Assembly (NCBI GenBank): GCA_020536535.1
Contig: JAHLWZ010000264.1
Span: 1 to 58,745, forward strand
Direction of reading: 5' to 3'
Origin: Pelomyxa schiedti
Lineage: Eukaryota > Protista > Evosea
DNA: 58,745 nucleotides
Position numbers and translations under genes: made by a program. Below, piece after piece: positions 10,688 to 21,987 of the stretch; the first letter of the stretch is position 1, and every line of letters starts with the position of its first letter. The notes under the pieces are model-generated. The model saw only the letters and a list, made by a program, of their open reading frames with translations, did no database searches and was not told the origin of the DNA.

Positions 10688-11300
10688 GGCGGACATGTAT
10701 CATTTAACCTTACCAATACTGCATGATCACAATAAAGTATCCAGGAGTGATTTTCGAGGTATTCTTAGAATCAAACAATTAACAACAGCTAATACTTCCA
10801 ATTTGGTAATAGGGTAATTCTGTTCGTACTTCTTCAACTTTGGTCTTTGGAACTCCCATGACAATACAGCAACATAACTAATGATATGTCCAAGGAAATT
10901 AATTGTATCAAGACAAAATTCACACTTAGAAGGTTTCAACTTCACTCCAGCTTCATATAACCATTCAGATACTTCTAGATGCTTCACATGAATATGTGAA
11001 AATATGATGATGTTAACAATATAAGCTAAAACATTTGCCATTGCTTTATGTCGTTGGTAAGTCATTTACCAAACCAAATGGCATTCTTACCATTGGGCAT
11101 AGCAAATCCATCCTTGACATGATTGTGTTGAGATGTCAATAGTCAACTCAAAAACGAATTGAACCGTATTTCTTGAGTGTGGGCTGTTGCTATATCTAAC
11201 CACACCCACATCAAGTAATTTTTGCACTTCTTCTTTCTCCTTTTCACACTTATCAGGATTCACTGTCTCTTCACATTGATGGGTGCATCAGATGTCAACT
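10543..11300 (-). mobile_element. Decayed Ty3/Gypsy-type LTR retrotransposon pol remnant (RT and RNase H; deletions and frameshifts)
   Basis: Across frames: DAPINVKR..EKEEVQKLLDVGVVRYSNSP; KDGFAMP; RMPFGLVN; AYIVNIIIFS (YxDD destroyed); HLEV...EAGVKLKPSKCEF...INFLGHIIS; EQNYPITKLEVLAVV; EYLENHSWILYCDH...KVWRWCLTL...HIKGITNVVPDAL. These are canonical Gypsy RT/RH motifs. Confidence 0.9.
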
Positions 11301-11400
11301 NNNNNNNNNNNNNNNNNNNNNNNNNNNNNNNNNNNNNNNNNNNNNNNNNNNNNNNNNNNNNNNNNNNNNNNNNNNNNNNNNNNNNNNNNNNNNNNNNNNN
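11301..11400. other. Assembly gap (100 N)
   Basis: Run of N. Confidence 1.
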
Positions 11401-12621
11401 GGAGCCGTCGTTGGATCGGAGCTGAATTTTGTGAAGTCGCTGTCAGATAGCGTTTCATGTTTGCCAGTATCATCCACCCGGACAACGGAAGAGCCTGGGC
11501 TCTTTGCTTTTGCCATAAGTCTCATCAATTGTTCTCTTGTAGACATTTAGTGTTCGGAACAATTAATTCACTGAATTACGTATTGTCTGGTCTCGATGCG
11601 GCAACTGACGCGGCCATTGTAAGCCATGACGCCGATGAAGAGAGTTCACTGAGGGTAAAATCCAACCTTCTGAAGTCGTCTTTATTATCATCAAACACTC
11701 GCGCTATGAAGCAGTCTCCGTACACCTGTTGTGTTGCTCAGTCCACACCACAAAACAGTAAAAGGAAAGTCACATCAGTTGGACGACCAGCAAGGGTACA
11801 AATTTCACTTGCGCGTTTATTGTAAGGCATTCCCTTGATCTTTCCCATATCCGACACGTACATATTTATTCCTATGTAACTGCAATAGCACATTTAAAAG
11901 AGTGTAGACCCAAGGATTTTTGACATACCCACTTGCTGGCGTATTCATAACAAGTGGAATCGTGTCTACTATATGACTAGTTTCTGAGATTGTCTCAAGT
12001 TGTTCATCGGATATCTGTGTTGAGTGGTGGGTGAGTACTACGGAAGCGGTCAATTGCGAAATTACAATCATGCATGAGGCAAAAACTAATCAGGTAAAGC
12101 GGAGTACCGTTGAACCAGAAGGCATCCTCGCCTGTATTTGATCCCTTAGTGCCCTCTTTCCCTCGTCCTTATCTGCCTTAGACACTTTGCCTGAATTTTT
12201 AGTTAGACAGTTGACACAAAATGAAAAAAACTGTGTTACATAAAACTGGTTTTTTTGTGAGAGTTATGTTTCTTCATTATTTTTTATGTTTTCAATGAGG
12301 GAACATATTTGCAAATAAAATTGTTGTTGATATAATAATATAAACATATTATCAATGTTGTAAGTATGTTCCATTTTATGTTTATGTTTTCAATGTTACG
12401 CCAGTAACAAAAATAAGTGGTGGTGGGGGGATTTCGGTACCGCTATTTGCCGCGTCGTATCTCTTAAAGTGTGCCTGCAGGGTTCTAACCAAACACCCCA
12501 CCAAGTCATCCCCCCACTCCTGCCTCAGTTCCGTAGGCACCTCCGCCAAATCGCACGGCACGCACACGTACCGAAACGATCCACCATCACCGCCGCCACT
12601 CGCTGTCGTAGTGCTACTCAT
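11401..12621 (-). CDS. Conserved hypothetical protein with a DUF3846-like core; 3' end lost in the gap
   Basis: Spliced: MSSTTT...FRYVCVPCDLAEVP...LQAHF | ... | VDTIPLVMNTPASG|YIGINMYVSDMGKIKGMPYNKRASEICTLAGRPTD|VYGDCFIARVFDDNKDDFRRLDFTLSELSSSASWL. The family call is from motif recall, not a search. Confidence 0.7.
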
Positions 12622-12688
12622 TAGATACGCGATCTAAATTTTGGATCGAAAAGCTAAAAGGAAGATACAAGTGGTCTTCTCGGAACTG

Positions 12689-14888
12689 ATGGACCACGGT
12701 AAACGTAACAGCAGGGGCGATGACGCCGATGGCGGGAGTGACGTGCACAACGCAGAGTGGCGGCGGGGTAGGCATCGGTGGGCCGTGTGGGTGTCCCACG
12801 TGGTGTGGAACCACGTGGTTGGGCGCTACCGCGAGAGCAGGCCGGCCGACGGCTACCTCGCGGTGTGGGTCGCCTCGGTGGGCGACGGCCTGTGGCCCCT
12901 CGCCCCGCTGGCGTGCCGCGCCCTCCCCTCGTGGGCCCCAGGCTCCGCCTACACGCGGCTGACGTGGGCCGCACTCGCCGGAGCCAAGTCGTGCATCAAG
13001 TGTCTGCTGCTGAGGGACAGTAAGAGCCGGATGAGGGACGACCACAAGGAGGTGATGGCTGTGCTGTGGGGGCTGTGCGAGGGCGCCCACACACAATGGG
13101 CCAGGGCCCTCGCTGGCGATGATGGTGATTGTGATGGTCATCCTTATAATGGTGATGGGCAGCAGGAGGTATCTGAGGCTAGTGCATCGGTATCTTCGAT
13201 GAGGAGGTGGTGGAGGGAAGAGTGTGGGTTGGTGTGGCCTGGAACCGCTGATGGTGACAGGGACTTGGTGGAGCTAATCAGGAGTCACATTGGTTATCAG
13301 TCCCTGCTGTACTGTGTGTGCGAGAATGGGCACTTGGAGACTGCTAAGTGGGTCGTTGAGAGGTTCAGGATCAGGGACACTTGGGAGGTGGCATGGCCAT
13401 TGATGGGGGCACTGAAAGCGAGGCACTTGGGCGTTGCCGAGTGGTTGTGCAACAAGTTCCGTGGGTGTGAGGACCTGCAGTGGTTCAAGGACTTCCCCCT
13501 GGAAGATTCATTTCACAGTGCCAGTGTTGAGGTGGCTGAGTGGGTGGTGAACAGGTTCCCAGACCATGACTTCAGTTGGGAGTTTTTGCATGACATCTCT
13601 CACTTCTCCTACTCTAGGAGTGATCTTCTACAACTTCTCAAGTGGATGAGGAAAAGGTTCCCAGAGCTTGACCCAGAGCTAATAGATTTACGCTGGGCAA
13701 AAATCCCATACCTTGAGGTGATACAGTGGGGAACTGAGGTAAATTCTGAATTCTACGTGTATCTAAAATCAATGGCCTCGTATTGTGAGGCCAGTGTCTT
13801 TGAGTGGGCCTTGGAGAACGAGGAAATCTGCCCCAAAATATCTTTTAGTCTTATCTTCAATACATGCCGGAATCCAAATGACCTTGCACCAGTTGTGCAG
13901 TTGCTGGTGAGTAAATTGGCCACCCCACTCACGCGTCCAGAACTTCAGCAGTTATTGTGTTGGTCGCTAGCATTCAACAACCTGAAAACTGCAAACTGGA
14001 TTGATGATACTTTCCATGTAATGGATGAGATCAACACCACTTCCGGCGCAATCCAAGGAGCCCTGAAGGAGATATGCTCTCATTTCATGTTTCGTGCCGA
14101 GTATGTTGACGGTTTGCAATGGTTCCTCGGGCGCAGAGCCACCTTGGATCTTGACGAATCTGCCATTGTGGATATTGCCCAGTCAGCCAATAGCCTTGCA
14201 GTTACTTTACTCCTGCTGAGGGTGTTTCCCGTCAATGGTGCTAAATACACAGGAATGCTGGACAGAACACTGAAGCGAGCAGTATCCTCTGGCTGCTGTG
14301 AGCAAGTGAAGCAACTTGTCACTCTGCTTGGAAGGGAAACATTCACCACGCAATCTGTGCAGAGTATTCTCACAGAACAAACCCACCCGAAAGTGTGGGA
14401 CATCGAGAACTTCTCCAGCAAAACAGTGAAGTGGTTGATTAAAGAGTACCACCTTGACAGTGATCAAGTAAAAGCAAACTCCAACTTCCTGCTCTACAAC
14501 AGGCTCATGTTTGGAAAGAACCACTGTGCTGAGTGGATCATCCACAGCTTCGATGTAACACTGCAAGAGGTAACAAATCCCACTTCTATAGTTAATGATT
14601 TCTCAGCAGTCACAGGTCACTGAAATGATGAAAATGTGGGGCAGGTTCCAGATGACTCCATGGACAGACCTCGACACTTGGAGGATGCTGCACAGGCACT
14701 TCCCCTCACTGACAGCAGAAGCAATTCACAACGCCTTCAGTTTGGTTCTGAGCTCTCCTGTCACCGCTCTGTTTGTCCTCGACAAGTTCCCATCAGTCAC
14801 AAGGATGGATCTTCTGAACTACGGCGAATATGGGAAATCAAGTTACGTCGCTACTGAGACTTCCCTCTGGTTTGAGGGCAACATGTGA
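12689..14888 (+). CDS. Lineage-specific ankyrin-repeat-like protein, paralog 1 (one 3' intron at ~14573-14609)
   Basis: Long ORF with VSHVVW, TRLTWAALAGAK, WWREECGLVWP and degenerate ankyrin-like units (CENGHLETAKWVV; ARHLGVAEWL). The last exon ends ...FEGNM*. Confidence 0.8.
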
Positions 14889-14913
14889 GTTTGATGTAAA
14901 TTTTGGTAATCGG

Positions 14914-17265
14914 ATGTTGCCATGCTTGAGAGGCCCCTCAAATTCTTCGGCTAAAACCGTTTTTAGTGCTGTATCTCCAACAACCACCACTAGCAATCGG
15001 GTGGAGTCCATGGGCCACGCGGTCCTCGTGTCGCACGTTGTGTGGGCCCACGTTGTCCCCTGGTGGTCAAACCACTGCGTGTCCCCCGCTTCCTGGCGCC
15101 GCTACGTCGACGTGTTGCAGCGTCAGCAGGAGTTCGCGGGGTGGCTGATGGGCGTCGGGGAGGGAGTGTGGCCGCTGGTGCCGCTGGCGTGCCGGGCCCT
15201 CGCGGCCCTGCCCGTGGTTACGCGGGGCGTCCCGCGGTTCACGAGGTACACCCGGCTGACGTGGGCCGCGCTCGCCGGCGCCAAGGCGTGCATCAGGTGG
15301 CTCCTGCGCAAGGACGGCGGCCGCAGCGAGGCCCCGCAGGAGGGACCAGCCGCGTCGCTTGTAGTGGCCAGAGAAAGCGGTGGAGGTGGAATAATGGGAG
15401 GACTGGTGGGTTGGGTGGAACGAAGATTTGTTGGGTTGGGAAAGTCTGGGGGTGGTTGTGGTGATTTGAAGTATACCACGGCCAACAGGAGTGGAGACAA
15501 GGAGATTATGGCTGTGCTGTTTGGTCTGTGTGGCGGGGGACACACCATGATGGCAATGGCTCTGGCCGCGGATCCAGCTGCAAGGGCAGCTGAATGTCGG
15601 TCAGAAGGTACAGCTATGACGAGGTGGTGGAGGGAAGGGTGTGGGCTGGTTTGGCCTGATGATTCTGGTGGTGACAGGGACTTGGTGGAACTCATCAGGA
15701 GCCGCACTGGGTATAACTCCCTGCTTCGCCAAGTGTGCGAGAATGGACACTTGGACACTGCAAAGTGGGTTGTGGAGAGGTTTGGGATCAGGGAGTCGTG
15801 GGAGGTGGCATTGCCATTGCTTTATGCACTTGAAGGGGGTCACTTGGATGTTGCCAAGTGGCTGTATGGCACTGTTCCCTCATGTGAGTCTCTTCAGAGC
15901 CTCGACTTGGGTGATGTGTTCCATAGTGGAAGGCTGGACATTGCGCAGTGGACGTTCCTTTCCGCATTTCCAAAATGTTCTGTGGATGCTGAAGAAGAGA
16001 GTGTGATAGGAAGCGTGTCAGAAAGCACGAGTTGTGATGATGATGAGCTCCTGAGATTGTGTGACTGGGCCAAGGGGAATTTTGACCTTAACGAACCTCC
16101 ATCTCTGTATTTAATTCACAATCTGGCAGTGATGAAGTGGGTGGTTTCCACCTATGGTGTGGGTGTCAGAAGGAAAGATGCCACTCGCATTGCTTTCAGG
16201 GAACCCAAAATCATTGAGTGGATTCTGATTGAAAAGGCAGTCCCTCCCACATTTGACCTGCTCACAAATCTGTGCAAAAACCCACACGAGCCGCTTTCAC
16301 TGGTGAAGTGGTTGTCAGAGAGGTTGCCATCTCCCACTCCAGAGCAAATCACAACACTGCTGTGTTGTTCCCTGTCCCACAACAACACCCACATTGCAGA
16401 TTGGTTGGAGGAAACCCACCACAATGATGTCAAGAGTTCGCTGTGCTCCAATGCTTGGGAATTGCTGCAGACAGTGGTGAAGGATACTGATGAGTTCAGG
16501 GACAGTGTTGCTGGCGTTGAGTGGTTGCTGCGACGGTGTCCAACACTCAACTCCTCTGATGAGACCTCAGTGGAGTACACAATATGGAGCTCCTTTAATG
16601 TGAGAGCCACTATTTTGCTGCTGGAAGCCTTCCACATTGATTATTTGAAACACAAGGCACTGCTGAAAATGAAGCTTGACCAAGTGGTCACACGGGGATC
16701 AATTGAGCAAGTCAAGAAGTTTGTCTCGCTGGCTGGGAGGGATTCCATCACCAGAAAAATGGTCACTGCCTGCATCACACAGGGACCACGATGTCCAAAT
16801 TCCAGCAAAGTTGTGAAGTGGTTGATCAAGGAATTCCACCTCGGTGAAGCAGAGGTGAAGGCAAACTCCAATTTTCTGGTTCGAAACTTGCTTTCACAGG
16901 GAAAGAATCACTGTGCCGAGTGGATCATTCACTCGTTTGGTGTGACTCTGAATGAAGTAAGCTCCCTTTTTTTCCTTCACTCCCCAACCAAAACTAAACA
17001 GTTTCTTGTGGCAATGGGATCATCAACAACAGCCTCATCCCTATGCAGCTGTGACCTCAACACTCTGAAGATGGTCATGAGGGTGTTCCCATCGATCACA
17101 GCCAAGGCATTCAAGCATAAAGGCCTGATGAACATTGCCGTCAGCTCACCAGTCACTGCCCAGTTCCTCATGCACAAGTTCCCCTCGTCCATCGCCCTCG
17201 ATTTCTTCCGCGGAGGATCCTCGTGCACATTACCAACAAGCATCTGGCTCGGCCAACATCTTTGA
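14914..17265 (+). CDS. Ankyrin-repeat-like protein, paralog 2 (probable short in-frame intron near 16957; alternative ATG 15010)
   Basis: Same motifs as paralogs 1 and 3 (CENGHLDTAKWVV, EGGHLDVAKWL). Confidence 0.8.
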   Translation: MLPCLRGPSNSSAKTVFSAVSPTTTTSNRVESMGHAVLVSHVVWAHVVPWWSNHCVSPASWRRYVDVLQRQQEFAGWLMGVGEGVWPLVPLACRALAALPVVTRGVPRFTRYTRLTWAALAGAKACIRWLLRKDGGRSEAPQEGPAASLVVARESGGGGIMGGLVGWVERRFVGLGKSGGGCGDLKYTTANRSGDKEIMAVLFGLCGGGHTMMAMALAADPAARAAECRSEGTAMTRWWREGCGLVWPDDSGGDRDLVELIRSRTGYNSLLRQVCENGHLDTAKWVVERFGIRESWEVALPLLYALEGGHLDVAKWLYGTVPSCESLQSLDLGDVFHSGRLDIAQWTFLSAFPKCSVDAEEESVIGSVSESTSCDDDELLRLCDWAKGNFDLNEPPSLYLIHNLAVMKWVVSTYGVGVRRKDATRIAFREPKIIEWILIEKAVPPTFDLLTNLCKNPHEPLSLVKWLSERLPSPTPEQITTLLCCSLSHNNTHIADWLEETHHNDVKSSLCSNAWELLQTVVKDTDEFRDSVAGVEWLLRRCPTLNSSDETSVEYTIWSSFNVRATILLLEAFHIDYLKHKALLKMKLDQVVTRGSIEQVKKFVSLAGRDSITRKMVTACITQGPRCPNSSKVVKWLIKEFHLGEAEVKANSNFLVRNLLSQGKNHCAEWIIHSFGVTLNEVSSLFFLHSPTKTKQFLVAMGSSTTASSLCSCDLNTLKMVMRVFPSITAKAFKHKGLMNIAVSSPVTAQFLMHKFPSSIALDFFRGGSSCTLPTSIWLGQHL

Positions 17266-17304
17266 GTTTCGCTGAAACATCAGTTTTGGAAAAAAAAAAC
17301 CACA

Positions 17305-19646
17305 ATGGCGAGCATCACAACAAGTAGTACAAAAACAACAACCACAGACAATCGGGTGGAGTCCATGAGCCACGCAGTCCTCGTGTCGCACGTCGTGTGG
17401 ACCCACGTTGTCCCCTGGTGGTCAAACCACTGCGTGTCCCCCGCTGCCTGGCGCCGCCACGACGGCGTGTTGCAGCGTCAGCAGGAGCTCGCGGGGTGGC
17501 TGATGGGCGTCGGGGAGGGAGTGTGGCCGCTGGTGCCGCTGGCGTGCCGGGCCCTCGCGGCCCTGCCCGTGCTCACGCGGGGCGTCCCGCGGTTCACGAG
17601 GTACACGCGGCTGACGTGGGCCGCGCTCGCCGGCGCCAAGGCGTGCATCCGGTGGCTCCTGCGCAACGACGGCGGGGGCCACACGCCCGCCGCTCAGGGG
17701 CAGGGCGAAACAGCGGCCATTGATAGCAGCAGTACCTCTACGGCAACGACGCCTGTAGTAGCGAGTAAAGACAGCAGGGGCGGTGGAGGACGCGGAATAG
17801 TGGGAGGGCTGGTGGGCTGGGTGGAAAGCAGAGTTTCTGGGCGCGGTGTAACGGACAAGAGCAGCAGCAAAAACATCAGGAGGAGGAGCAGAGACAAGGA
17901 GATTATGGCTGTGCTGTTGGGGCTGTGTGGTGGTGGGCACACTGCTATGGCAATGGCCCTGGCGCAGGTGCGTCCCTCTGGCAGTGACATTACGAGGTGG
18001 TGGAGGGAAGAGTGTGGGCTGGTTTGGCCTGGTGATGGCCGTGGTGACAGGGACTTGGTGGAACTCATCAGGAGCCGCACTGGGTATAACTCCCTGCTGT
18101 GCCAAGTGTGCAAGAATGGACACTTGGAGACTGCAAAGTGGGTTGTGGAGAGGTTTGGGATCAGGGAGGTGTGGGAGGTGGTGTTGCCCTTGCAAGATGC
18201 ACTTGAGAGTGGCCAGTTGGGTATTGCAAAGTGGCTGTATGGTGCAGTTTCCCCAAGTCCGAAGAGCCTCTTTGCCAAAAGGGGTGATGTGTTCCATAGT
18301 GGAAGGCTGGATGTTGTGCAGTGGGCATTCCTCGAGAGGTTCCAAAACTGTTCTGCATGTGTGGAAGGTGAGTCCCGTGTGATAGGAAGTGTGTCGGCAA
18401 GCACTAGTTGCGATGACACTGAGATAATAAGATTGTGTGATTGGACCAAGGAGAATTTTGCACTCAAAGAGCCTCCATCTCTGGATATGATTAGCAATCT
18501 GGCAGTGATGAAGTGGGTGGTTTCCACCTATGGCGTGGGTGTCACAGGGAATTATACGCGTCGGATTGCTTTTTGGGAACCCAAAATCATTGAGTGGGTT
18601 CTGGTTGAAAAGGCAGTCCCTCCCACATTTGACCTGCTCACAAATCTGTGCAAAAACCCACACGAGCCTCTTTCACTTGTGAAGTGGTTGTCAGAGAGGT
18701 TGCCATCTCCCACTCCAGAGCAAATCACAACACTGCTGTGTTGTTCCCTGTCCCACAACAACACCCACATTGCAGATTGGTTGGAGGAAACCCACCACAA
18801 CGATGTCAAGAGTTCGCTGTGCTCCAATGCTTGGGAATTGATGCAGGCGGTGGTGAAGGATACCGATGAGTTCAGGGACAGTGTTGCTGGTGTTGAGTGG
18901 TTGCTGCGACGGTGTCCAACACTCAACTCCTCTGATGAGACCTCAGTGGAATTCACAATGTGGAGAACTGAGAATGTGAGAGTCTCTCTTTTACTGCTGG
19001 AAGCCTTCCACATTGATTATCTGAAACACACAGCGCTTTTGAAAATGAAGCTTGAGCAGATGGTTGTAATGGGGTCAATTGAACAAGTCAAGAAGTTTGT
19101 CTCGCTGGTTGGGAGGGATTCCATCACCAAAGAAATCGTAACTTTCTGTCTCACTCATGATTCCCTGATTCGGCACTCCAGCAAAGTTGTGAAGTGGTTG
19201 ATCAAGGAATTCCACCTCGGTGAATCAGAGGTGAAGGCAAACTCCAATGTTCTGGTCTGCAGCTTGATTTCACAGGGAAAGAACCACTGTGCTGAGTGGC
19301 TCATTCACTCATTCGATATCACAATGAATGAAGTACGCTTCCTTTTCATTCAGCACTTTTCCAGGCCAACCAAAAAAAAAACCAGTTTCTTGTTTCAATG
19401 AGGTCACCAAAGGCTGCCCTCTGCCACTGTGACCTCCACACACTGAGGATGATCATGCGGGTGTTCCCATCAATCACAGCCAAGGCATTCAAGGAGAAGG
19501 GTGTGAGGAACATCGCGGCCAGCTCACCAGTCACTGCCCAGTTCCTCATGCACAAGTTCCCCTCGTCCATCACCCTCTCTGATTTCCGGGAAGGACCCTC
19601 GTGCTCCTTTCTTACAACCACTTGGCTTGACAGTTTACACACATAG
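17305..19646 (+). CDS. Ankyrin-repeat-like protein, paralog 3 (intron ~19333-19384)
   Basis: Same motifs. The intron gtacgc...aaccag joins to FLVSMRSPK...LDSLHT*. Confidence 0.8.
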
Positions 19647-19736
19647 TACCTAGATCACAACAATAAACTAAAGTTCGGGTAGCTAGCATTCTCAAAAGAG
19701 TTGGAAATTGGTTGTAGTGGCAATTGTGTTAGTGCT

Positions 19737-21022
19737 TTAGCATAGAAGGCACTTTGTCTCTGGTGTGAGGGAAGACTCATCAAGCTTGGAGGTGATCCTT
19801 CTCTGGCGGCCTTTCTCACAGGCCTTTCGGAATAGGGAGGATACTTGTATCCTGGAACTGCTGGACGCACTCTCGATTGTGGCTGTGAGGTTCTCAAGGG
19901 GTATTTGTTGTTCCTTGCACCAAGCTGAAATCAAAGAAGATGTTACTATCTGTAACTGATGAGAAGAAATAAAAAAAAAAAAAGAGCGGCAAAGCGGGGA
20001 AGAGTATTGAAGAAGTGCAAACCGATGTCTTGGGAGCTTTGTCGATGAGGTCTGATTTGGTACCGGCTACAAAAAATACAGGTGGTGGCTGTTCAGCTAA
20101 TTCCGCCACTATGAGCCTGTGGTGGAGAATTTGAATTTCCGCATTTTGTAGTGTAACACACTTTTTAATTGAAGCTAATTGCTGCAAGGTTTGCCTGTTT
20201 GTGGAGTCGAAAACGAGTATGAACGCGTCAGTATGATACAAAGGAGCCCCAAGGCTACTCGCAACCGGTTCATTCCCCGGTATATCCTACACAAATATGA
20301 ATACAAGCCTCACGCAAGTATAGTATACATCCACATACAAAGACCAAGTACTGAACCCTCTCAGGTGGCTTCTCCAGCTCAACCTCACAGCATACAACAT
20401 CAGGACCATCCGAAGGTATGTACTCCTTCTCAAACCGGTCGTCGATCCACCTCCGTATCTGTTACAATTAGCGTGTGTGTCACCAGTTAGACACATAATT
20501 CCAAAACGCACACGTATCAGCGTATATATATAATAAGCATCGCATCCCATAATCAATCGCATCGCAAGCACACGACGCGCCCCAGGCACAACAACACGAG
20601 CACACGCACGCACGCACCAGGGCGGTCTTCCCGCAGCCCAGGGGCCCAACCACCGCCACGGTCACTCGTCGCTTGCCCGCGGGCCCCGCCTCCCCCTTGT
20701 CTTTGTCCTTGTCCATGGTCCCGCTGGCCCCCTCGCGCCTCCCCGTCCCCGTGCCCGTGCCCGTGCCTGATGAGGCGAGGCCCCCGCCCCCGCCCCCGCC
20801 ACGCGAGGGCGTCCCCGGAGATGATGGTGATGAGGCTGGGGTGGTTGCGTTGGTGGCCGAGGTGCTGCTTGTTGTTGCGGGGGGCTGGGCGAGGGGCGAC
20901 GGAGTTGCTGCTGCAGGCTGCGACTGTGGCTGAGGTTGGTTGTCGGTTGTCATCGGGGACGACGAGGACGAGGTCCTGGGCGAACCTGCAGCGCCTCGAT
21001 CGTCTTTGTTGCTTAAACTCAT
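19737..21022 (-). CDS. Divergent Ras-superfamily small GTPase with a low-complexity N-terminal extension and CaaX end
   Basis: Spliced: G1 VAVVGPLGCGKTAL|IRRWIDDRFEKEYIPS (G2)...VQYLVF|DIPGN (G3)...TDAFILVFD...FVAGTKSD (G4)...TKCLLC*. Confidence 0.88.
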
Positions 21023-21144
21023 TAAAAATTTGGTGTGGGATGAGGGGTGGATTTTGGTCGGGTTTTCATGAACCTCAGCCAATAAGCAGAAGTTTGTGAG
21101 CTAATGAGCGCTCATGAACAGTTGATTTTGCTCATAAATCCACT

Positions 21145-21766
21145 TTAGGGGTGGGATGGTGGTGGGGCTTCGGTGTCGGATTTGTCAAAGAAAATATTGA
21201 ACAGTGCTATACCGCCTACTACCAGCTGTAGGTGTGTTGAATAAAAGTGAGTGGTTCGGAAGCTTATGAGCAGGAACATACAGAACCAACACCAAGTATG
21301 AACTCCCCCGCGATTGCGGCTTTGTATGCATCTGAATATGTACCGGCGGGAGATGCGGCACAGGTGTGCATCTCGCCTATTGCGTCAAAGAATGGCCATG
21401 TGAAACATGTCAAACCGAACATCGCAGCCTGTGTTCGTTGATTCTGTTAGAGCGCAGTTCAACAGCGAAATACGGACACACCCCCATGAACATTGCTTTT
21501 GTGTTTGTCAACGCCCCGCAAATCAGGAACATGGTTGACACAAACACCAAGGCATCAAGGTATATTGATGTCGCCGTTGTGGCACCAGCAGCCATAGCAC
21601 ACCGTGCTATCACCAAACCCGCCTGTGTGTGGGTGATGTTCTGGTTAGTTGTGCGCACGACGACATCCGCGTGTTGTTCCGCTACATAAACGAATGGGAA
21701 TGGGGATGGTCAACACACCCATGAGCCCGTGCACGCGATTATGTTTATAATCAATGGTAGTGCCAT
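21145..21766 (-). CDS. Small 4-TM membrane protein, tandem paralog B (3 introns)
   Basis: MALPLIINIIACTGSW|AGLVIARCAMAAG...LDALVFVSTMFLICG...|AAMFGLTCFTWPFFD...|LVVGGIALFNIFFDKSD...*. Intron positions match paralog A. Confidence 0.8.
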
Positions 21767-21783
21767 TGTGCTCCGTGTTTTGG

Positions 21784-21800
21784 CGTCCCGCGAATCGTTA
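21784..21800 (-). promoter_or_regulatory. Candidate core-promoter motif TAACGATTCGCGGGACG; identical copy at 22590-22606
   Basis: A 17-bp exact match ~18 bp upstream of the ATG in both 4-TM paralogs, with diverged flanks. Confidence 0.4.
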
Positions 21801-21987
21801 GATTTTGTTTTTGTTTGTTCCTTTTTGATGGAACCGTTTATTTTTTTATTTGATGGACAACGGCTGCCGTTACATCTATCATCTGATATCGATTACCGAT
21901 CTTCGGAAGCGGGGAAGTGTTTGTTTTAACTTTTCAGTCGGATTGATTGGCGTTTACGCAGCTTGGATAAAATTGGTGTGAGCACAA

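Noticed and set aside
15042-18663. Long antisense or alternative-frame ORFs over the ankyrin-like genes (e.g. 17422-18663), BOP1 exon 1 and 48433-49523
   Set aside because: Shadows of GC-rich coding sequence, with low complexity and no domain.
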